A stretch of DNA of 64,000 nucleotides, taken from contig JACKCO010000004.1 in the NCBI GenBank assembly GCA_020633995.1, positions 310,243-374,242 of the forward strand. Direction: 5' to 3'. Positions 36,406 to 43,812 of this stretch are shown here, one piece after another; within the stretch, counting starts at the first letter, position 1; the number at the start of each line of letters is the position of its first letter. The position numbers and the translations under genes are program-made. The DNA is from Campylobacterota bacterium. Lineage in GTDB: Bacteria; Babelota; Babeliae; Babelales; RVW-14. The notes beneath the pieces were generated by a model, which saw only the letters and a program-made list of their open reading frames with translations, was not told the DNA's origin and made no database searches.

Positions 36406-38061
36406 TTAAAATGCAAAGCCCATTTTGCCCCAAACGGTGTAGCGCTCAAGGTCAGCATTTGATGAGGCAAATTCATATGACGCACCAATGGCAACACTTG
36501 AATGGAGGCCGCACATGCTGAACACATAACCCAGCGAGCCACCAAGGGTGTGGGTGAACAGAGCCGGTGTTCTGGCTGCTTCAACATCCAGGACATCACG
36601 GTTGATCATCAGTTCTACAGCGTCTTCTTCTAATGGGTTGATTGTTAGAAAACCTGGAATAGCTTTAGGCAGGGCATACTTGTCATCTTCCCAGTGCTTG
36701 AGCCAAACAGACTCTTTGTCTTTCCAGAACATATTGTAACCAGCATCAACCACAAAACCTCCTGAACAAAATGAAAGTGATGCAAGCGCGTCAAACAAGC
36801 TGCCTGGTTTTACACGCAGGTCGGTGGTTAGCACATTAGCAGCTGGAAAGAGTGGAGTGCCTGCTGGTGCATTAAGCTTGCCGATAGCAAAATAATGGCT
36901 GAATGGCATGCATTTGAGTGACAGGGTACGAGTTTCAGTTTTTTCAGCTAAGTAGCGGTAGTTAGCAACTAAGTGACCATCTACGCGGCCATTTTTGTTG
37001 TGCCATAGGCGGCCACTAACCTCAACGTTGGCATTAAAGCTGATGTGGCGACCGTTACCATAAATTGGCTCAAACAGATATTCGCCACGTACTTTGTTAC
37101 CTGTTGGCGCGGTGATACCAGCGCTGATAAAGACGTGTGCATTTTCTTTATGCACAACTTTGTAGCCCAGCATGAGGTCTATGTCGGCAACACCCAGCGC
37201 GCTGCGGCGGCAATCAATTTTTGCATGAGTGAGCGGGCAGAGCATTTCTCTGTTTTCAGGATCTCCAGAGGCATCAAGAGCTGGGTCGACATTGCGTACA
37301 CGGCCAGCAAAAAAGTCATGAGCACTCCACTCGTTGAGTGGTAGCTGTGTGAATTTTGCTTTTTGTTCTGGTAGGTCGCAACTGTCATCACATGGGCAGT
37401 CAGTGTCAACTGGGCAGGCTGGTGTTGGGCACGCTACCGGACATGGGTCGCAGCTGTCGGTTTTGCATGCGCCTTTTACATTCTTGCCGGTGCGAGCACG
37501 CATACTGGTGGCAACGTGCACGAGCGGCATGCTCATTTTAAAATAGAGCCCGGTAAATGGATGCATAATGTCTTGCATCAAATCAAGACGAACACCGTAG
37601 CTTTCGTGTTGTGGTTTCCAGGTGAGTGTTGTGCGAAGTTCTTGGCTCGTTGGTGCAAAGGGGTTGGTTGGTATAATGCGACGATCGTCAATTTCAGCAC
37701 CTTCTGCTGGGGTAATAGTAGCTGCTGCACCATCGGGATCTACGATAGTTCTCGTGTTGTCAAAGCGAATGCTGTTTGTTTTTTTGCAGCGATCGATGTT
37801 GCATTTTTCAATGCCAAAATATCCTCCCGTTTCACGGGTATTTTGTGATTGCTTGTAAAATGGTGTGATTTGAAATTTGGTGTGATGCGAATCTTTTTTA
37901 TGCGTGTGTTTGTGCCACGTGAAGTATTCAGTCATGAGGTCATTGATGTCGGGGCGCGTTGCCATGTATGTTTTGCCGGTATGGTCATCGCTGCCTGCAA
38001 AAAGTGTGCCCGCACACATAACTGCAACCAAAAGCGCATGTACAAAAGATCTATGCGTCAT
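36406..38061 (-). CDS. Outer-membrane beta-barrel protein (MOMP-like), paralog 1, with a Cys/Pro/Asp-rich insert
   Basis: 551 aa. Signal peptide. C-terminal ..WGKMGFAF (terminal Phe). Alternating beta-strand pattern. Paralogous to 40708..42414. Confidence 0.75.
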   Translation of the reverse strand: MTHRSFVHALLVAVMCAGTLFAGSDDHTGKTYMATRPDINDLMTEYFTWHKHTHKKDSHHTKFQITPFYKQSQNTRETGGYFGIEKCNIDRCKKTNSIRFDNTRTIVDPDGAAATITPAEGAEIDDRRIIPTNPFAPTSQELRTTLTWKPQHESYGVRLDLMQDIMHPFTGLYFKMSMPLVHVATSMRARTGKNVKGACKTDSCDPCPVACPTPACPVDTDCPCDDSCDLPEQKAKFTQLPLNEWSAHDFFAGRVRNVDPALDASGDPENREMLCPLTHAKIDCRRSALGVADIDLMLGYKVVHKENAHVFISAGITAPTGNKVRGEYLFEPIYGNGRHISFNANVEVSGRLWHNKNGRVDGHLVANYRYLAEKTETRTLSLKCMPFSHYFAIGKLNAPAGTPLFPAANVLTTDLRVKPGSLFDALASLSFCSGGFVVDAGYNMFWKDKESVWLKHWEDDKYALPKAIPGFLTINPLEEDAVELMINRDVLDVEAARTPALFTHTLGGSLGYVFSMCGLHSSVAIGASYEFASSNADLERYTVWGKMGFAF

Positions 38062-38329
38062 TGTCTTTCTCCTTTTCCCATCTACAAGGTCTTAAACCTT
38101 TACCTTTCTCTTCTACACATGATCAGCAGGGCATGTTTGTCGATGGGTGCATCATGTTAAAACAAACCACGCCGCACGCTGTTTCTTGTTTTGAGTTAAG
38201 CGTAGACCACAACAGGGAAAAGAATCAAGAATTTTGTCACATGTTTTTAATTTTTTTTAGAAGCGTTATGGTTGCGGTATTTTGCGGGGTTTGGTTTTGT
38301 TTTTTTGGATGTGTTTTTATGAGTTATGA

Positions 38330-39008
38330 GATTTTCGACCCCCACTTTCGTGAGGGCTGTCGGGGATGATCCCCTGATCAAGTCAGAGGATATGCAAATC
38401 TACCTCGTCACCCTGGACTCCGATCCAGGGTCCATTTCTAAAGAATAAACGCATCGTACATAACATATGAGTGTCACAATGGATACCGGCTCGTATCCCC
38501 TTGTCAAGCAAGAGGACAGGGCCCGGTATGACGAGTGCGAGAGGCTATAATTTTTTTGAGTCATCTCGGCCTTGTTGTTAACTCAAGAAACAACAAAAAA
38601 GGAGTCATCCCCGAGTCCCATCGGGGATCTAGATTTTAATCAATGTTAAATAACACATGAGATAGATCTTGCCAGTTGGGATTCGTTGATTCTATGAGCT
38701 CCATTTTCCAGCTTCGGTTCCACTTCTTCAAGCGTTTCTCAGATACTGATAGTGTAACAAAAAATAATGGTGTAACAATTAAACAAGATCCCCGATGGGA
38801 CTCGGGGATGACCCCTTTTTTATTGGATTTAACTTTACAACAATACTTTAATTAGGGTGACGACATCTTGAATCAGGGTGATGACATCTGTTATTGCTGC
38901 GTGGCGAAAATATCTCTCGGAGAATTAAAGAATTGCAACCGACAAGATTGCACACAATAAAAAAGTTGTCATTCCCGACAGCCCTCACGAAAGTGGGGGT
39001 CGAAAATC
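38330..39008. mobile_element. ~680-bp segment bounded by 40-bp inverted repeats, containing a GIY-YIG gene remnant and hairpin modules
   Basis: 38330-38369 is the reverse complement of 38969-39008 with 1 mismatch in 40 (hand-checked). Confidence 0.45.
38603..38741 (-). pseudogene. Remnant of a GIY-YIG nuclease gene (3' ~105 nt) with its downstream hairpin
   Basis: Reverse complement of 24125-24262 (tgagaaacgcttgaagaagtggaaccgaagctggaaaatggagctc..cattgattaaaatctagatccccgatgggactcggggatgac) with few changes. Confidence 0.8.
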
Positions 39009-39080
39009 TAAAAAATTGAAACAGGTACAAAGAAATGAGGTCCCCAATAGATCCCCTGAATCCAGAAATTTGTAACTTCC

Positions 39081-40184
39081 TTAGTCACCTTCAGGCATTG
39101 ACTCTTCGGCTGGCTCTTGTTCGGTTGCTGGTTCTTCTTCCACCTCCGGCTCTGCTTGTTCTGCTTCTTCTACCTCTGGTTCTGCTTGCTCCTGTTGCTG
39201 GCCAGCAGGCGTTTCTTCTTCTGCTTCAGCTGCTGGTTGAGCCGGTTGGCTAGTATCAAGGCCAAGCGATTGGCCAGCAAGTGGTTGCGTGCTTTCTATT
39301 GGTGTTTCTTCATACACTGCTTCCGGTTCTGGTTCGTAGGCAACGCCAGTGACCTGGCCACGTCGGTTCATGTAGCGATCATAATTTCTGGTGTTGAGTT
39401 GCTCTCGAGCTGCTTTGCGGCGTTCGCGACGGTCTTGTGAGCTTGCTCGTGCACGAGCAGGGCGTTGTGTAGGCGTTGCTTGTTGCAGGTAGCGTTGTAG
39501 ACGAGCTTGGTTTGGAGCGGTTTGCATTGAGCGTGGTGGCACACCTGCGTAGGTACGCTTACGCTCTTGTGAGCGTGTTGCGCGCATGCCAATGTGTGTG
39601 ACTGAATGAGGGCGACTCGGATCTTTTCGTACGTTTTGGGCGCGTGGGTTGATGCGGCGTCCTCCAACACGGTAGTCTGCCCGCCTGCCAGCTCCACCTC
39701 TGCGTCTGCCGCCACGCTTACCCGTTCTGCTTGAGCGTTGCGAGCGTGTGCTGCGCAGCATGCGGCGTTGTGTTGAGCGTGCTTTGCTCCCACGAACTTG
39801 TCGGCCGCGCTGTCCACCACGACGACGCTCAAGCGCTGCCTGCGTTTGCTGTCCTGGCCTGCGGCCGCGTGAGGCGCGTTGCGTGCGTGCACGGCGTGGC
39901 GCACCCTGTGAGCGCAATGAGCGAAGATGAACGGCACGGTCAGGATCAGGCTCTGGTCCTGCTTGAGCATCTTGCGCCGCCTGGTCATCTTGTTCATATT
40001 CATCTACTACGTATTCGTCTTCATACTCGTATTCATCATCGGCATCATACCCTTGCTCGTCAATCACGTCACTTTCAGGCATTTGTTGGTCAGATTCTTG
40101 TTCGGCTGCAAAAAGCGGCCGTGTTGTGTGAGCAATACCTGCACAAAGCAGACAGAGCACGAGTAGATATTTTGCCTTGTTCAT
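39081..40184 (-). CDS. Secreted charge-block protein: acidic N-terminus, ~200-aa Arg-rich core, acidic C-terminus
   Basis: 367 aa. Signal peptide MNKAKYLLVLCLLCAGIAHT. It is the longest of several overlapping ORFs in this GC-rich stretch. Confidence 0.6.
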   Translation of the reverse strand: MNKAKYLLVLCLLCAGIAHTTRPLFAAEQESDQQMPESDVIDEQGYDADDEYEYEDEYVVDEYEQDDQAAQDAQAGPEPDPDRAVHLRSLRSQGAPRRARTQRASRGRRPGQQTQAALERRRGGQRGRQVRGSKARSTQRRMLRSTRSQRSSRTGKRGGRRRGGAGRRADYRVGGRRINPRAQNVRKDPSRPHSVTHIGMRATRSQERKRTYAGVPPRSMQTAPNQARLQRYLQQATPTQRPARARASSQDRRERRKAAREQLNTRNYDRYMNRRGQVTGVAYEPEPEAVYEETPIESTQPLAGQSLGLDTSQPAQPAAEAEEETPAGQQQEQAEPEVEEAEQAEPEVEEEPATEQEPAEESMPEGD

Positions 40185-40214
40185 TTATTTTCCCCCCGGA
40201 AAAGTTTTTGTCTG

Positions 40215-40640
40215 GGACCTAATCCTGCTTAGCATACCATGCGCATGAGGCGAATCTGAAGAGTTTGATAAAAAAGGCAGGTTCTGGATCCCGCCTATGC
40301 GGGAACGGTTCCCTGGGCAAGCCAGAGGACAGGCTTGGTGATGAGCCACTACTGTACAAAGCGCTGTTTGTAAAATCATATGCAATTGAGTAGGAGTCAT
40401 TCCCGACGCCGATCGGGAATCTGGGTAAAAGAGAGCTACTGGTTTGTAGCATGTTTGTGTTTGTAAAATTTTATATGAAGGGCAGGTTCTGGATTCCCGC
40501 CTACGCGGGAACGACGAGTGTTGGGTTGTTAGGCAGATACAAGATCAAGATGGCTGCTCTTGGAAAGTTAGGCTACAAAAAACTACGTCTTCCCCGACTT
40601 GATCGGGGATCCAGAACTTGAAGTATTCCTTTCAAGAAAA
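40215..40640. repeat. Hairpin repeat cluster
   Basis: 40281-40310 and 40487-40518 gttctggattcccgcctacgcgggaacgac. 40396-40421 gtcattcccgacgccgatcgggaatc. 40587-40612 cgtcttccccgacttgatcggggatcc. Confidence 0.85.
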
Positions 40641-40648
40641 AAAGCCAT

Positions 40649-40682
40649 AAAAAAAGCCGGCGCATAGGCACCGGCTTTTTTT
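40649..40682 (-). terminator. Bidirectional intrinsic terminator after OMP paralog 2
   Basis: A7 run, gccgg..ccggc stem, T7 run. It lies 26 nt after the stop at 40708. Confidence 0.65.
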
Positions 40683-40707
40683 ATCAACTAAGTTAAAGAG
40701 GCGTCAA

Positions 40708-42414
40708 TTAAAATGATACGCCAACTTTACCCCAGATACCCCAGTTGTCGTAGTTGCTGTTGCTTGAAGCCCATTCATACTGACCACCAAGACCCATCAT
40801 CAATGGATATTCCCATTCATGGAAGAAGTAACCAAGGCCACCGTAGATTTTGTTGCTAAACTGTGATGGTGTTTCTGCTACGCGTGTGTTGACGTTGCTT
40901 GAAGTAAGTTCAAGTGGTGTGCCGTCAGATTTTCTTTCTGCTTGGTTGTCTTTGCTGAAGCCGTTTGTTTGATCGATTTCAGCATTACGAGCGACCAAGT
41001 GCCAACCTTTAGGGAATCCGTCGCAACCGCATTTGAGTTTGACTGACTCTTGTTCACGGTAGTAGAGTGTGTAACCAAAGTCAAATACAAAACCGCAGTT
41101 GGTGTATGACAAGCCAAAGAGTGCGTTCACTTGGCTGCCAGGGGTTACATCAACGCCAAGGCAGGTTGACACGTTAGCAAATGGTGTTAAGCATTTGTCA
41201 CCATCTTTTGCAACAAGGTACCATGGGCTGCATGGGCGGCCAGGGCACTCAATGCCAAGCGCACGGTTTTCACAGCTTTCAAACAGGTAGCGATATTTAA
41301 CCGCGATATCAAGTTTGAGGTTGTGCTTGTGATCATCGCCCCATAGTTTGAACCATGATTTGAAATCAAAACCAACACCAAAGTGGTTACCGTTACCTTG
41401 TACGCTTTCAAACAACCATCTGCCATCTGGGTCGTTACCCGTTGGGATGGTGATTGCAAACGCAAGGGCTGCACGGTAGTCATCTTTGTAGAGGAAGTGA
41501 TAGCCAAGGCCTAAGTCGATGTCTGAAACGCCGGTTTCATCATCTGGACCTTTGCAACCGCAACGGTCGATGCGCAGTTTGCAGAGTTCTTTTTGGCAGT
41601 TTGTGTCAGCAGTACCAACTTTGTTGTCTACTTTTGCACCGCTGTAGTAGTTTTCAAGTTGTTTTTTGAGTGTTTCGTCGTCACTCTGTACAAACATGTT
41701 CATTTTATGTTCAACATGTTCAATAGTCATGTTGCCATAAAAGTACAAGCCTTTAAGGAGTTTATCCAAACTTTGGTAGTAGTCAAAGCGTGCACCATAA
41801 CGTTCTGCGTCTGGGTTTGTGCAAATTTTTGCTGTTTTATCATTAGTAGTTGAGAGTTGCTTGTTGTGATCGTGAACGATGTAGCGCCAGTCAACCGTGT
41901 CAACAGCTGATTTTGCAGCTGGAGTTGACGCCGTTGTTCCGTCGCTGGTACCATCACGCTTAACTATAGAGCCAACATCTTCTGTTTTAAATTCACAGCA
42001 GGTGCCGCATTTTGTTTTGCAGCCGGTGTTGCATTTGCATGGGTCGCAGTTGCAAGTGCCACAGCAGCTTGGATCTCTGGTGATTTCACTTCTAGTGCAG
42101 CAGCTTGAGCAGGTGCCGCAGGTGCCTGTTGAGCAGCTTGTGTCACATTTGGTGTCACATGCTTTTCCACAGCAGCTGAAGTATGTGCCGAGTTCACTGC
42201 TTGATGATGAGTCCATCCAAAATGGAACTACTTGAAAATTCGCGCCAAATTTATCTTCGGCGTGTCTGTCAATCATGCGTGCGAACGTGGTGTATTCCAT
42301 GGCCAAGTTGACATTACTTGGACGTGGCATTAAGAAGGTTTTATTGTTATGAGCGAAAACCGATGCTGAGCTAACGGTCAGCAATGCGGCTAAGAGGGCT
42401 TTTATTTTATTCAT
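40708..42414 (-). CDS. Outer-membrane beta-barrel protein (MOMP-like), paralog 2, with a ~65-aa Cys-rich insert
   Basis: ATG at 42414 gives MNKIKALLAALLTVSSASVFA. C-terminal ..WGKVGVSF. Both termini align with 36406..38061. Confidence 0.75.
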   Translation of the reverse strand: MNKIKALLAALLTVSSASVFAHNNKTFLMPRPSNVNLAMEYTTFARMIDRHAEDKFGANFQVVPFWMDSSSSSELGTYFSCCGKACDTKCDTSCSTGTCGTCSSCCTRSEITRDPSCCGTCNCDPCKCNTGCKTKCGTCCEFKTEDVGSIVKRDGTSDGTTASTPAAKSAVDTVDWRYIVHDHNKQLSTTNDKTAKICTNPDAERYGARFDYYQSLDKLLKGLYFYGNMTIEHVEHKMNMFVQSDDETLKKQLENYYSGAKVDNKVGTADTNCQKELCKLRIDRCGCKGPDDETGVSDIDLGLGYHFLYKDDYRAALAFAITIPTGNDPDGRWLFESVQGNGNHFGVGFDFKSWFKLWGDDHKHNLKLDIAVKYRYLFESCENRALGIECPGRPCSPWYLVAKDGDKCLTPFANVSTCLGVDVTPGSQVNALFGLSYTNCGFVFDFGYTLYYREQESVKLKCGCDGFPKGWHLVARNAEIDQTNGFSKDNQAERKSDGTPLELTSSNVNTRVAETPSQFSNKIYGGLGYFFHEWEYPLMMGLGGQYEWASSNSNYDNWGIWGKVGVSF

Positions 42415-42888
42415 TCGTATACCCCACAAATTATAACGTTTAACTTGTGACCTTAAAGTACCATGCACTAAAATTTTTTATACAATTTTAATTGCTTGCA
42501 AAAATAATCATGAAAATATTTGTATCGTTTTCTGCACGACCTCCTTTCCACTCAAAATGTATTCGGCACACATTGACCCTACCTAATTTACAAGGAGCTC
42601 GTTGACTTGATCAATGCGTCACCATCGCGTACATTTTCCACACTGCTTGACTTAATGAGACCAGTCAAGCGTAACGAATGTTGTTCAAGATATCAAGTCT
42701 TTTTTGTCCTCGCGTTTTTCACTTCACACTACGTTTTGAAAATTATACAAATCTCTGTAAAGTTAAATTTATATAAAAAGGTTGGACGGATGCAATACTT
42801 TTTACACAAAATTTTTTTTTGCATAAAAAAACGACGGAAAAGTAAGAAAACTTTTTTTGTTTAAAAGATTGACTGAAAGCGGGACGGT

Positions 42889-43728
42889 ATGAATGACGTG
42901 TGTGTTGTAATGCTTGTGCAAATGATAACTGAAATGTTACCAATCAGTAGTTCTGGTCATGTTATGCTTGTGTTGCACATGTTTGCGCGGTTGCATCAGC
43001 AAGCGGTTGTATTGCCTGAGTTGCTTGATGATTGTGCACACGTGAGTGCGTTGTTTGTCTATGTTATTTTTTTTCTGTGGTTGTATGCCGCGCTTATCAA
43101 GCGTGTTATTTTTTTTATGCTTACTCGTGCAAGTTGTGCCAGGCTTGCACGCATTATTGTCCATGCTGCACTTGTTGTTGGCATTGCCGATGGTGTGACG
43201 GTTGTTTGTTACGGCGTGCGTAGTGTGTTGAAAAAAAATGTACCACTCTACACGAGTGTGTGCGCACACCCGTTGAGTTTGGCGCTTGGTTTTGCGCTGA
43301 CAATGCTGGTGTTATTTTCGTTGCGTTGGCAAAAAAATGAAGCGCGTACAACGCGTATGACCTACTCTGGTGCACTGCAGCTTGGCCTTGTGCAAAGTGT
43401 TAGTTTGCTGTGGCCGGGGCTGTCACGTTTTGCATTTGTGTACACATTTTTGCGAGCATATGGGCTGCGGCGTGATCGTGCTTTTACGTGTACGTTTTTA
43501 GTCTTTTTGCCATTGGTAACTGCCGTTGCAGCGCGTGGTGTGCATGGCGGTGCGTTTGCAGCGATGCATGCGGTTGGGATGAGCAACATGTTGTTTGTCT
43601 TGACAACCTGTCTGGCTGCAGGGATCTTTTTTGTAGTTTGGCAGATGGTGCAAACCAAACGGTTGTGGTATTGTGCCTGGTACATGCTCGTGCCGTTGCT
43701 GAGCACATGTGTGTTGCTGATGTTCTGA
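42889..43728 (+). CDS. uppP: Undecaprenyl-diphosphatase (BacA/UppP family)
   Basis: ITEMLPISSSGH N-terminal motif, a PGLSR central motif, polytopic. The start codon is uncertain. Confidence 0.65.
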   Translation: MNDVCVVMLVQMITEMLPISSSGHVMLVLHMFARLHQQAVVLPELLDDCAHVSALFVYVIFFLWLYAALIKRVIFFMLTRASCARLARIIVHAALVVGIADGVTVVCYGVRSVLKKNVPLYTSVCAHPLSLALGFALTMLVLFSLRWQKNEARTTRMTYSGALQLGLVQSVSLLWPGLSRFAFVYTFLRAYGLRRDRAFTCTFLVFLPLVTAVAARGVHGGAFAAMHAVGMSNMLFVLTTCLAAGIFFVVWQMVQTKRLWYCAWYMLVPLLSTCVLLMF

Positions 43729-43812
43729 AGTATTGAAAAAGTGAAAAACGACGATGTATACTCGAAGCATATGAAACAGCGTTATAAAAAAAGTGTTCGG
43801 GGGGAGAGGAAC

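Noticed and set aside
39368-40222. Alternative ORFs overlap the Arg-rich gene: 211 aa on the minus strand in another frame, and 163 aa, 107 aa and 79 aa on the plus strand.
   Set aside because: GC-rich, CGN-rich sequence suppresses stop codons in all frames. Only the 367-aa frame has a signal peptide, begins next to a purine-rich Shine-Dalgarno-like stretch and spans the whole region. Frame choice still needs experimental confirmation.
40487-40518. The sequence gttctggattcccgcc... superficially recalls the 5' end of tmRNA (..ctggattcgac..).
   Set aside because: It is a multi-copy hairpin module (also at 29891, 40281 and 60470). No tRNA-like acceptor or T-arm or tag reading frame follows it.
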